From Parcubacteria bacterium C7867-001 (GTDB taxonomy: Bacteria > Patescibacteriota > Minisyncoccia > Phycocordibacterales > Phycocordibacteraceae): a stretch of DNA of 64,000 bases. Of this stretch, positions 12,375 through 21,945 are shown one piece after another (within the stretch, counting starts at the first letter, position 1; every line of letters starts with the position of its first letter). Under the pieces are notes generated by a model, which did no database searches, had not been told where the DNA came from, and saw only the letters and a program-made list of their open reading frames with translations. The position numbers were made by a program, and so were the translations under genes. Where the stretch lies: NCBI GenBank assembly GCA_001189095.1, contig LFCK01000001.1:253159-317158 (forward strand). The letters run 5' to 3'.

Positions 12375-12800
12375 ATGTCACTCGATGAAAATTACACTCC
12401 GCCTTCGCAGGCGTTTACTCAGCGTGCGCCCATGCATTATTACGGTGATATCGTGCGCGTGCTCATGGTTGCAGCGGCGATTCTCGTATTCCTTATGGAA
12501 TTCGTCCCGCCGGGACTTCCGTACGCTACGCCGATCATCATTCTCTCGATTGTTGCGCTCGTGGTTGCTGCAGGCGTGACTAATCCTGCGCAGCTCTGGA
12601 TTCATTGGGTGAATGTCGTTCTCGCACTCATCGGTGTCGTTGCTTTTGGCAGCCTTGCCCTCGACCGGTACCACGCAACAGGCGCCTCATTCGGGCTCAT
12701 TTTGGCGACGGGAACCTCGGTCTTGTTCCTCATTCTCCTCTATTTTGCGACGAGAACGCTCCGTGGCCTCATGCTCGGCTCAGCGCCGGCAATTCGCTAG
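12375..12800 (+). CDS. four-TM membrane protein
   Basis: Four hydrophobic segments; -10 TATACT just upstream. Confidence 0.7.
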   Translation: MSLDENYTPPSQAFTQRAPMHYYGDIVRVLMVAAAILVFLMEFVPPGLPYATPIIILSIVALVVAAGVTNPAQLWIHWVNVVLALIGVVAFGSLALDRYHATGASFGLILATGTSVLFLILLYFATRTLRGLMLGSAPAIR

Positions 12801-12894
12801 AGAAACCACCTCTCCCCACCACCTCTTTACACAATAGCCACTTTCGTGTTAGAACGAAGGTGGGTAACAACCAGCCTTAGAAAGGAGGTGTGGT

Positions 12895-13509
12895 GTGGAT
12901 CTTTTCAAATACCTAGGGAAGCTTTTCGAAAAAAAGCCGGGTAAACGGCCCTACAAACGGGTCGTAGCCGTGTTCATCGATAATCACAATGTCGAAAACG
13001 CGGAACTCGATAATGGCGTTCGGTATCTCGTGAAATGGGCCACGCTCATCTCCGATATCAAGCGGCGCTATCTCGGCTCAAATGCCCCGATCTGGGCAAG
13101 CGCGTACACGCGCGAGCACGGTTCGGAGGAAGTAGTCGAGCGCTGGAAAGAAAGCGCTTTGAAGTACTGGGCCAATCACGGCTATCAGCTGCATACCTAT
13201 CGCAAGAAGGATATCGACTCGCTAATCGTCGGTGATCTCTGGCGCTCCGCAGCTCTTGCTGCCGAAGCGAATGCTACTGATCTTCATCTCGTGCTCGTGT
13301 CGGGCGATGGCCTGTTCGCGGACACCGTGAAGAAGATCAGAGAGCAATACCAAGATCGCCTGAGGATCAAGCTGAACGTCTATTCGTGGATGCCAAGTCT
13401 CAGCTGGAAGCTCAAAGCCGAAGCTCGTAAGGGTGGGGTTCATGACCTCACCTCCCTCAAAAATCTCGTGGCCAAGAAAACCCGAGTATCTAACCGTCGC
13501 GCATCATAA
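12895..13509 (+). CDS. NYN (LabA/DUF88, PIN-like) domain protein
   Basis: VAVFIDNHN, KKDIDSLIVGD, LVLVSGDG motifs; SD AAGGAGG with GTG start. Confidence 0.8.
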   Translation: MDLFKYLGKLFEKKPGKRPYKRVVAVFIDNHNVENAELDNGVRYLVKWATLISDIKRRYLGSNAPIWASAYTREHGSEEVVERWKESALKYWANHGYQLHTYRKKDIDSLIVGDLWRSAALAAEANATDLHLVLVSGDGLFADTVKKIREQYQDRLRIKLNVYSWMPSLSWKLKAEARKGGVHDLTSLKNLVAKKTRVSNRRAS

Positions 13510-13604
13510 TGATGACGCGGCGGTTTTGTTTACCCGAAGCAGCCTGAACTACAACACGCCAAGGTGTGCTATAGTCCAAGCAGATTTGGTACAAGGAGAC
13601 CGAC

Positions 13605-14027
13605 ATGGTCGATTTAACGAGTGAAGAGCGGCATTCCCGCCGCCTCGCGGTCGAGCGTCATCGGCGGCAACAGGAAGAAGCAGAAAAAGCGGCTTTCGGA
13701 AAAGAATCCGAAGATATGCTCTGGAACGCAATCCATGAACGCGGTGCTCAAACGCCCGCTTGGTTTCTGGGAATGCGCCGCGCCAATCATGTACAAGACA
13801 TGAATGGCACGGATTTCATTGCGGTCGTTGATGCGGTCGGCGATGTGAATATTCAGGTAAAGTCCTCGCGCAACTGGATCGACAAATTCCGGAGCAACCA
13901 TCCGGATTTCAAGGGCCTTATCTTCGTCGTGCATCGCGGAAAGACAAATAAAGATCTCCGTGGGCTCTTCTTCCACCAGCTCGGTGTGTATCGCGAACGC
14001 GAAAAAAAGAGGCGCAGCAGTCCGTAA
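13605..14027 (+). CDS. small PD-(D/E)XK-like nuclease-fold protein
   Basis: E-helix, DMNGTDF, IQVKSS pattern; SD AAGGAG. Confidence 0.55.
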   Translation: MVDLTSEERHSRRLAVERHRRQQEEAEKAAFGKESEDMLWNAIHERGAQTPAWFLGMRRANHVQDMNGTDFIAVVDAVGDVNIQVKSSRNWIDKFRSNHPDFKGLIFVVHRGKTNKDLRGLFFHQLGVYREREKKRRSSP

Positions 14028-14058
14028 CGGATGCTGCGCCTTATGTTATACTCGGGCC

Positions 14059-14289
14059 ATGTCTCTACAGAGTTTTTTCCTCAAACAGGCCGCAAAATGG
14101 AAGATGAAAGATATGCCGGCTGCTCAGCGCGAGCAGTTCATCGCAATGTTCGAGAAGAATCCGGAATTGTTCAAGAAAATCGGTGAAGAAATCGAGCGCC
14201 GGAAAAAAGGCGGCGAAAACGAAATGAAAGCCTCCATCGAAGTCATGAAGAAGTACCGCGCTGAGCTCGCTGGGCTCATGCAGCGTTAA
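14059..14289 (+). CDS. small helical hypothetical protein
   Basis: 76 aa, FEKNPELFKKI; -10 TATACT a few nt before ATG. Confidence 0.7.
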   Translation: MSLQSFFLKQAAKWKMKDMPAAQREQFIAMFEKNPELFKKIGEEIERRKKGGENEMKASIEVMKKYRAELAGLMQR

Positions 14290-14297
14290 TACCACCC

Positions 14298-14810
14298 ATG
14301 TCTGCCGTCGACCTTCTCATCATTGCTTCGGCAGTTGCGTCCTTAGGGACCGCACTCGGTGCAGTTGGTCTCACGATAGGTGAAGTGTTGTATGCTCGCG
14401 CGCTTTCGGATGGAAAGCTCGAGGAGTGCGAAAAGACGTACGTACGCGCAACGTTCTGGTCGCTGCGTTCCGGTATGACGCTTTTCCTTGCTGGTAGCAT
14501 CGGCACGATTCTCATCGAATATCTTGCGTGGGATGCTCCCCATACGGCACTTACGAGCAGTTTTTGGGCAACTCTTTTGCTTGCACTGGTCATTGTAGTA
14601 AGCGGTTGGGGGCTCGTTCGTGGTGTGTTTCCGTGGACACTCGCCTCGTCCGCCGCACTTACGGCGTGGTGGACGATATTTGCGCTCTCGCTCGTGCGTG
14701 ACCTCTCGCTCACTCCTCTCTCGATTCTTCTCGGCTACGCATTATTCACAGGTGTAATCTTCGGGGCGCGAGTTATCATACATGAACACTTTCGTAGTAG
14801 TCGCGCATGA
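14298..14810 (+). CDS. membrane protein
   Basis: About five TM segments; stop overlaps next ATG. Confidence 0.7.
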   Translation: MSAVDLLIIASAVASLGTALGAVGLTIGEVLYARALSDGKLEECEKTYVRATFWSLRSGMTLFLAGSIGTILIEYLAWDAPHTALTSSFWATLLLALVIVVSGWGLVRGVFPWTLASSAALTAWWTIFALSLVRDLSLTPLSILLGYALFTGVIFGARVIIHEHFRSSRA

Positions 14811-15397
14811 AAAAGATCTTTATTCTCCTTGGTAATCCTGACGCGGACACCTTGTCCGGACAATTTGCGAGTGTGTACGAATCTGCCGCCACAGCTGCAG
14901 GGCATGAGGTAAAGCGTCTTAATATTGGTGATCTCGCCTTCGATCCGATTCTCCATAAGGGCTACAAAGTCATTCAGGAACTTGAACCGGACTTGAAGAC
15001 CGCGCAGGAATACATGAAGTGGTGCGACACGTTCGTGCTCGTATACCCATTGTGGTGGAGCTCGATGCCCGCTCTTCTGAAAGGCTTTTTTGATCGAATG
15101 TGGCTTCCCGCTTTTGCTTTTCGTTTCCATAAAAATCCAAAGACAGGGAAGGCTGGAATGTTTTGGGATCGACTCATGCGCGGCAAGCGCGCCCGTGTCA
15201 TCATGCTCTCAAAAGCAAATCCGTTTCTTATTTGGTTCATGTTCGGCGACTTCACCAATGAAATTACGCGTGCCATTCTCGCCTTTGCCGGCTTTGTTCC
15301 GCGAGTCACGGAAATCGGCAACGCTGAAATCCTTTCGGATGCGCAGAAGCGCACATGGGAAAAGCGTCTTTCAGCACTCGCGAAAAAAGGAGTGTAA
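14807..15397 (+). CDS. NAD(P)H-dependent oxidoreductase, flavodoxin-like fold
   Basis: LGNP, YPLWWSSMPALLKGFFDR. Confidence 0.9.
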   Translation: MKKIFILLGNPDADTLSGQFASVYESAATAAGHEVKRLNIGDLAFDPILHKGYKVIQELEPDLKTAQEYMKWCDTFVLVYPLWWSSMPALLKGFFDRMWLPAFAFRFHKNPKTGKAGMFWDRLMRGKRARVIMLSKANPFLIWFMFGDFTNEITRAILAFAGFVPRVTEIGNAEILSDAQKRTWEKRLSALAKKGV

Positions 15398-15454
15398 TTT
15401 GACGCTCTAAAACTCCTCGTGCTATGAGAAGTAAGGACAAAACGGAGGTTCCTA

Positions 15455-15658
15455 ATGAAAGTCTTTGCATGTGTGGTTCTAGCGAGCATTGCACTTAGTG
15501 CCTGTTCCCCAGTATCAAACCAAATTATCCCAACTCGGGAAGATATGGAGTACTGCCGGAGTAAGGTGGCTACCGAGTCACCGGACGCTAAGCCAACCGA
15601 AGCGATTGGCAGCTATAACGCGTGTCTCGACGCGCATACCGAACAGACTGGCCCCTAG
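15455..15658 (+). CDS. small putative lipoprotein
   Basis: Lipobox LSAC, two further Cys, SD GGAGG, terminator after. Confidence 0.7.
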   Translation: MKVFACVVLASIALSACSPVSNQIIPTREDMEYCRSKVATESPDAKPTEAIGSYNACLDAHTEQTGP

Positions 15659-15800
15659 ACCTCTTTAGAATAACTAACATTTAGACCCGGCAAACATGCC
15701 GGGTCTTTTCGTACGTAAAAATCAAAAGTTTACATTCTTATTTTTTCGTGTTAAAGAGAATTAAGGCATAGTGCCTTGATTCAAGAAATGGAGAGAAGCC

Positions 15801-16307
15801 ATGGAAGCTCTTGAAGACGCGACCGTCATCCGGTCGCCGTCCTCGTTTCCAGTCTGGAAAGCTTTTTCGGTCGGTACGCGTCCGCTCTCAGAAGTGATGC
15901 GCCGTATCGGCAACTCGGACACAACCGAACACATCCGGAATCGTTACGCTCTCGAAGAAAAACCACTTGGACCCTATTTCGCTCAAGTGGCGAGCCGTAC
16001 GGTCGGCGAGCTCGGATTCGCGCAGGAGCGCGAGCCGGTGTATCTCGGCAGACTCGTGCGCTCGGCAATTCTGAACGGGTTCGAGCCGGTGTTTGCGCTC
16101 ACGGCACTCACGTTGCGAGATATCTACGTCGACCAGCCGGAAGACGAGATGCTCTATGTGCCGCTCAAAACCTGCGGCGCTGGATTCCCATTCGAAGTTC
16201 TCTACCTGACCCGCGAAAACGGCGCGCCGGTGGTTCGTCTTTCGGGAAAGCAGTTCTTCGGCCTGAACGACCGCTTCGTCTTCAAAACGCCGTTCGGCAT
16301 CCGCTAA
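15801..16307 (+). CDS. hypothetical protein
   Basis: 168 aa, SD GGAG, terminator after. Confidence 0.65.
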   Translation: MEALEDATVIRSPSSFPVWKAFSVGTRPLSEVMRRIGNSDTTEHIRNRYALEEKPLGPYFAQVASRTVGELGFAQEREPVYLGRLVRSAILNGFEPVFALTALTLRDIYVDQPEDEMLYVPLKTCGAGFPFEVLYLTRENGAPVVRLSGKQFFGLNDRFVFKTPFGIR

Positions 16308-16379
16308 GAGTGGAATCCGCCCATGCACCTTTGGTGCATGGGCGTTTCTTTTTATCCGTCTCTCGTGTAGTCTCAAGAA

Positions 16380-17477
16380 ATGTTGAAAATAGGAATCGTC
16401 GGATTGCCGAACGTGGGGAAGTCCACGCTTTTTAATGCACTTACGAAAGCTGCGGTACCTGCGGAAAATTACCCGTTCTGCACCATCGACCCTTCGGTCG
16501 GTGTTGTTGGTGTTCCTGATGAGCGCCTCACAAAGCTTGCTGAACTTTCGAAGTCAGAGAAGACGATCCCTGCCGCTATTGAGTTCGTCGATATCGCAGG
16601 GCTCGTGAAAGGCGCGTCCGAAGGCGAAGGTCTTGGTAACCAGTTTCTTTCTCATATTCGTGAGGTGGATGCCATTCTCGAAATGGTTCGTTTCTTCGAC
16701 GACCCAGATGTTACGCACGTGCATGGCGAAGTCGATCCAATAAAGGATATCGAGGTCATAAATCTCGAGCTCGCGCTTGCCGACAAAGAGTCAGTTGATA
16801 AACGACGCGAGCGTCTTGTGCGCGATATCAAGTCGGGCAATAAAGACGCGGCTGCAGAAGATGCCGTTCTTGCTAAGGTGGCGCAGACCCTCAACAATGG
16901 CTTGCTCGCACGACAAGCGGAACTCACTCCTGAGGAAGCGAAGCGCATTCAGTCGATGAATCTCCTCACGATGAAGCCAATCCTATACGCCTTCAACGGG
17001 AAGTCAGGTGGCCATAATCTCAATGAACTCAATGACGGGCGCGCGAAGGCGGCGTATGAACTCATGGATGCACTTAAGGCAGAATACGTACACGTGGATG
17101 CTCGCACTGAACATGAACTCAATGACGTCGCTGAAGGTGATAAGAATTCTTTCCGTCAGGAGCTCGGCGTACAGGTAGACGGCCTCGTTGACCTTATTCG
17201 CGGCGCGTATCGCACGCTTGGTCTCATTACCTTCTTTACGACGGGTCCGAAGGAAAGTCGTGCATGGACGGTACCGAACGGCGCGCTCGCGCCGGATGCG
17301 GGTGCAGCGATACACAACGATTTCAAGGATAAATTCATCCGCGCAGAAGTCATTGCATGGGACAAACTACTCGGAGACGGCTCATGGAGTGCGGCGCGCG
17401 ATAAGGGCGATATTCGTACCGAAGGAAAGACGTATCCGGTCGTCGATGGTGACGTGATGGTTTTCCTCCACAGCTAA
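16380..17477 (+). CDS. ychF: ribosome-binding ATPase YchF
   Basis: GLPNVGKST, NYPFCTIDP, DIAGLVKGASEGEGLGNQFL, TGS domain. Confidence 0.98.
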   Translation: MLKIGIVGLPNVGKSTLFNALTKAAVPAENYPFCTIDPSVGVVGVPDERLTKLAELSKSEKTIPAAIEFVDIAGLVKGASEGEGLGNQFLSHIREVDAILEMVRFFDDPDVTHVHGEVDPIKDIEVINLELALADKESVDKRRERLVRDIKSGNKDAAAEDAVLAKVAQTLNNGLLARQAELTPEEAKRIQSMNLLTMKPILYAFNGKSGGHNLNELNDGRAKAAYELMDALKAEYVHVDARTEHELNDVAEGDKNSFRQELGVQVDGLVDLIRGAYRTLGLITFFTTGPKESRAWTVPNGALAPDAGAAIHNDFKDKFIRAEVIAWDKLLGDGSWSAARDKGDIRTEGKTYPVVDGDVMVFLHS

Positions 17478-18439
17478 GCAGAACGTTTCTTAACTTTTGT
17501 GTCGCAGCTGTTGAGCAGCATTGCAAAGGCGTACACATTCTTTACGTAGTTCGCTGAGTGTTTGCCGTAGTCAGGCACCGGTCCACCTTTTGCTCCAGCT
17601 GCCGAAGCCATTGCTGCATACACGTCATAGTGCTTAAACGTGGGACGAACCTTTTGCTTGCTGAACCAGCGGAGCACCTGCGCCACATTACCGGGTCCTG
17701 CTTGATACGCATTTATCATGACGAGTGTCATGAACTGACGGTTGAATTCCTCGGGTGTATCGAAATAGTTAGCGCGAATGAAGTCGAGTGCGTCGCCTGC
17801 TTCGCTCCACAGGATGCTGTAGAGACTCTTGAAGAACTCACGGAGAAATACGGTGACGTTCTTAAGATATTTAATCTCCACCTCGTCGAATCCGTAGGCC
17901 TTGTGAATGTTCGGAAGAATCTGCGCAAGGCCGACCGCCTTCGCGCTGCTCACGACATCATTTTCATAACTTGATTCTTGTGCTGGAAGACCAACGATGA
18001 GAAAGGTGAGTTCTTCTCGGATTTCGTCCGGTAGCTCTTCATCGGTGACGCCCTCCATGACGTGTTTGCGTAGATAATCGATGCGAGAGAGGCGTTCGCG
18101 GTCGTCGAGTGTCTCTTGGCAACCAGCAGAAAGGGCACTTTCAAGCGGCGAAGCGATCTGATAGGTTCCCCCTTGTTCATTGGTGGCAGTGGTTCGAGAA
18201 CTGAAGCGCTTTGCTTTCTTTGTGTATTCTTCATGGAAGAGCGGCGACCGCTCGATCGCTTTGAGGCGCTCTTTCGCCACAAACGACTCTTCGCGACTCA
18301 GTAAATTACGCTCCACGCTTGCTGCGTTATCGGCATTGGTCGTGAGGATAAGAGCAATCTCGGCGGTGAGCGCCGTATTTATGAGTGCGGTCCCTCCCTC
18401 AACGAGTACATTTCGACGGGTGTAGTCTTCTCGTCGCAT
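17474..18439 (-). CDS. SLT-domain lytic transglycosylase-like protein
   Basis: AQESSY, AVGLAQI, AYQAGPGNV, NYVKNV motifs; N-terminal TRRNVL then hydrophobic stretch. Confidence 0.8.
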   Translation of the reverse strand: MRREDYTRRNVLVEGGTALINTALTAEIALILTTNADNAASVERNLLSREESFVAKERLKAIERSPLFHEEYTKKAKRFSSRTTATNEQGGTYQIASPLESALSAGCQETLDDRERLSRIDYLRKHVMEGVTDEELPDEIREELTFLIVGLPAQESSYENDVVSSAKAVGLAQILPNIHKAYGFDEVEIKYLKNVTVFLREFFKSLYSILWSEAGDALDFIRANYFDTPEEFNRQFMTLVMINAYQAGPGNVAQVLRWFSKQKVRPTFKHYDVYAAMASAAGAKGGPVPDYGKHSANYVKNVYAFAMLLNSCDTKVKKRSA

Positions 18440-18507
18440 AGATACGCTGTATTGTACGGCACGTACGGGCGATGCAGAACCGTAATTAAGGTATATAATC
18501 CCTCCAT

Positions 18508-19044
18508 ATGGCAAACACAACCGCACCGAAGTTCGTGCGCTGGGCAGTCCTTATCGGCATCGTTATTGCGCTTAACATCTTCTTTCTTGTCGCTCGCTCG
18601 CTCGTTCTTCCCGAGCCCAAGTATGACGACTATTGCCCGACCCGTATCCAACCGGCAGCGACCGAAGATGCGTGTGTTAAACAAGATGGTGTATGGGTAG
18701 CGACACCAAACGACGCGTCTGTTACGGCAGTCACGAAGCCAAACATGGCCGGATACTGCGACCTCTATCAGAAGTGCCAACCGGTCTATGATGCTGCGCA
18801 GAAACAATTCCGTCTCTATGCGTTCATCATCGCCATCGGGCTTGGTGTGCTCTCGCTCATCGTTGGCGTACTCCCAATCGGTTCGTCCATCGTCTCGTCC
18901 GGTCTTTCCTATGGCGGCGTGCTCGCGCTTATCATCGGCGCTATTCAGTACTGGAATGACGCTTCAAGCCTTATCCAGCTCGGTATCTCCGCGCTTGCGC
19001 TCGGCGCACTCCTCTATATAGGTGTGAAGCGGTTCCGCGACTAA
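18508..19044 (+). CDS. membrane protein with Cys-containing external loop
   Basis: Four TMs, PEPKYDDYC and three more Cys. Confidence 0.75.
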   Translation: MANTTAPKFVRWAVLIGIVIALNIFFLVARSLVLPEPKYDDYCPTRIQPAATEDACVKQDGVWVATPNDASVTAVTKPNMAGYCDLYQKCQPVYDAAQKQFRLYAFIIAIGLGVLSLIVGVLPIGSSIVSSGLSYGGVLALIIGAIQYWNDASSLIQLGISALALGALLYIGVKRFRD

Positions 19045-19047
19045 ACA

Positions 19048-21882
19048 ATGGGGAAGACGGGCTACGATCACAAAGCACTAGAGAAAGCCGCTCGGGAGAA
19101 ATGGGCGGAGCGTAATCTCTACGTCACTGACCTTACGGACGAATCGAAGGAGCCGTATTACCTCCTGTTCGAATTCCCGTACCCTTCTGGCGACCTCCAT
19201 ATTGGACACTGGTTCGCATTCGGGGTGACCGATATCTTTGCGCGCCTAAAGCGCATGCAAGGGAAGAACGTTCTTTTCCCTATCGGGTTCGACGCGTTCG
19301 GTCTTCCGGCAGAGAACGCGGCGATAAAGTTCGGTAAGGATCCGAAAGAGTGGACGGTCGCAAATATGGAGCGCATGACCGAGCAGTTGAAATCGATCGG
19401 TCTTTCAGTTGACTGGAGTAAGCGCATCGCCTCATGCGAACCCAAGTACTATCACTGGACCCAGTGGCTTTTCCAGAAATTCTACGAGCAGGGCCTCGCT
19501 GAGCGTCGCAACGCGCCGGTGAAGTGGTGTCCGAAGGATCAGACCGTGCTCGCGAACGAGCAGGTCGTGAATGGTGCTTGCGAACGCTGTGGCACGGAGG
19601 TCGAGGAGAAGAACCTCACACAGTGGTTCCTCAAGATTACGCAGTACGCTGAACGTCTTCTCGCAGATCTCGAGCCGCTCCCATGGCTTGAAGAAATAAA
19701 GGAGGCGCAGCGCCAGTGGATCGGAAAATCGGAGGGAGCAAAGCTGTGGTTCACCATAGAAGGAAGCGAGGAGGCTATTGAGGTATTTACGACTCGTCCA
19801 GACACGCTGTATGGCGCGACCTATGTCGTGCTCGCACCTGAGCACCCGCTCGTCAGTGCGCTTCCGGCTACAAATCGTGCAGAAGTTGATGCGTATGTTG
19901 CGCAAACGAAGCTTAAAACTGAGCGCGAACGACAGGAAAACAAAGACAAGACTGGCGTTCGGCTTGAGGGTATTACTGCCGTTAATCCCGTAACCAAGGA
20001 GTTGATTCCTGTTTTTGCAGCCGACTACGTGCTCGCAACCTACGGTACGGGCGCGGTTATGGCGGTTCCTGCGCACGACGAACGCGATTTCGCTTTCGCA
20101 AAGAAATACGATCTACCGATACGCTACGTTGTTGCACCAAAAATGATCGACACAGGAAATCCTCCTCAGGACGGGAAGCGTGTGGTGAAGCGCTACTCCA
20201 TTCTTGCGGTCGTGCACGATCCAAAGACCAAAAAATATCTTTCACTCAAATGGAAGGAGCAGGGTTGGACTACCTTCATAACCGGAGGTATCGACGCGGA
20301 TGAAGATGTTGTGGAGGCGGCGAAGCGGGAGATTCTCGAAGAAACCGGCTACAAGAATCTAAAATTCATACGCCGACTCGGCGGTCCGGTCTGGGCGGAA
20401 TTCTTCGCTGCTCACAAAGACGAGAATCGCATTGCAATAAACAGTCCGCTTCTCTTCGAGCTTGAAAACGACGAGCGCGATCCGGTTGCTCAAGCGGAAT
20501 TGGATCAGCATGAAGCGCACTGGCTCGATTTGAAAGAAATTGCTGCTGAGAAAATGCGTCATGCCGAAATAGAACAAATACTTTCACACCTCGACGGAGA
20601 GGATGGTGCCTACACCGGAGACGGCATGCTCATAAATTCAGAAGCATTCGATGGACGCGAGAACCGCGAAGCGTTGTGGGATATCGTCACGGCTGCGGAC
20701 GGCGAGAAGACGACCAACTACCGTATCCGTGACTGGCTGGTGAGTCGCCAGAGGTACTGGGGCTGCCCGATTCCGGTCGTCTACGACCCTGAGGGTAAGG
20801 TGCATCTTGTGCCAGCTGAGCATTTGCCGTGGCTCCTACCTGAGGATGTCGATTTCAAGCCGACTGGCGAAGCGCCACTCGCGTCCTCCAAAGAGTTAAA
20901 GGAGCGTGTGACGCGTATCTTCGGCGAAGGATGGACCCCCGAATACGATACACTCGACACCTTCGTTGATTCATCGTGGTACTACACGCGCTATCTTGCA
21001 GCAGATGATGATACGCAGTTCTCAAATTTTTCGTTGATGAAAAGATGGCTTCCCGTGCAGCGGTACTCAGGCGGAAGCGAGCACACCACGATGCATCTTC
21101 TGTATGCCCGATTCTTCCATAAAGCACTCTACGACCTCGCTCTTGTTCCAACGCCGGAACCATTCCATGAGCGTTTCAACCGGGCAATTATTCTTGGACC
21201 GGACGGCAATAAGATGAGCAAATCGAAGGGGAACGTGATTAACCCTGACGATATTGTCGAGAAATATGGAGCTGACGCAGTGCGCATGTATCTCGCGTTC
21301 ATTGGTCCCTACAACGAAGCGGGACACTATCCGTGGAGTCTCGATGGTGTACCAGCGATGCGTCGCTTCCTCGAGCGAGTGACCAAGCTTGTTCCGAATT
21401 TGAAGGAGGGTAGTGCCACTGAGGCGGAACGAAAGGCTCTTGCGAAAGCGACGGTGAAAGTTGCGGACGATTCCGAGCGCTTCAAGTTCAACACCGCAGT
21501 ATCAGGACTTATGGTGTGCCTTAACGAACTTGAAGCCTCCAAGAGTTGTAGCAAAGAAGCGTTCGTCGAGTTCGTAAAACTCCTTGCTCCATTCGCGCCG
21601 CATCTTACGGAGCAGCTCTGGGAAGCGGTCGGACAAGCAGGCAGCGTGCATGAAGCGCTCTGGCCGGCTGCCGACCCAAGTCTTCTGACGGAAGATACGG
21701 TCACGGTGGTCGTTCAGGTAGCAGGGAAGAAGCGGGGAGAGGTCATGCTGGCGCCAACAGCCTCAGAAGAAGAGGCACTTAAGGCTGCGCAGTCGATTCC
21801 CACCGTAGCGGAACTCCTCGCGCAGGGCACCCCAAAACGGGTGGTCTACGTGAGCGGCAAAATCCTCAATATCGTCCCCTAG
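19048..21882 (+). CDS. leuS: leucine--tRNA ligase with inserted Nudix domain
   Basis: FPYPSGDLHIGH, TTRPDT, GTGAVMAVPAHD, KMSKS; Nudix box at 20284-20352. Confidence 0.97.
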   Translation: MGKTGYDHKALEKAAREKWAERNLYVTDLTDESKEPYYLLFEFPYPSGDLHIGHWFAFGVTDIFARLKRMQGKNVLFPIGFDAFGLPAENAAIKFGKDPKEWTVANMERMTEQLKSIGLSVDWSKRIASCEPKYYHWTQWLFQKFYEQGLAERRNAPVKWCPKDQTVLANEQVVNGACERCGTEVEEKNLTQWFLKITQYAERLLADLEPLPWLEEIKEAQRQWIGKSEGAKLWFTIEGSEEAIEVFTTRPDTLYGATYVVLAPEHPLVSALPATNRAEVDAYVAQTKLKTERERQENKDKTGVRLEGITAVNPVTKELIPVFAADYVLATYGTGAVMAVPAHDERDFAFAKKYDLPIRYVVAPKMIDTGNPPQDGKRVVKRYSILAVVHDPKTKKYLSLKWKEQGWTTFITGGIDADEDVVEAAKREILEETGYKNLKFIRRLGGPVWAEFFAAHKDENRIAINSPLLFELENDERDPVAQAELDQHEAHWLDLKEIAAEKMRHAEIEQILSHLDGEDGAYTGDGMLINSEAFDGRENREALWDIVTAADGEKTTNYRIRDWLVSRQRYWGCPIPVVYDPEGKVHLVPAEHLPWLLPEDVDFKPTGEAPLASSKELKERVTRIFGEGWTPEYDTLDTFVDSSWYYTRYLAADDDTQFSNFSLMKRWLPVQRYSGGSEHTTMHLLYARFFHKALYDLALVPTPEPFHERFNRAIILGPDGNKMSKSKGNVINPDDIVEKYGADAVRMYLAFIGPYNEAGHYPWSLDGVPAMRRFLERVTKLVPNLKEGSATEAERKALAKATVKVADDSERFKFNTAVSGLMVCLNELEASKSCSKEAFVEFVKLLAPFAPHLTEQLWEAVGQAGSVHEALWPAADPSLLTEDTVTVVVQVAGKKRGEVMLAPTASEEEALKAAQSIPTVAELLAQGTPKRVVYVSGKILNIVP

Positions 21883-21945
21883 GGGTGGACTTGCCTATAA
21901 TTAGGGGTGTGGTATACTCTCTTGACAACAACTTGACACATATTT

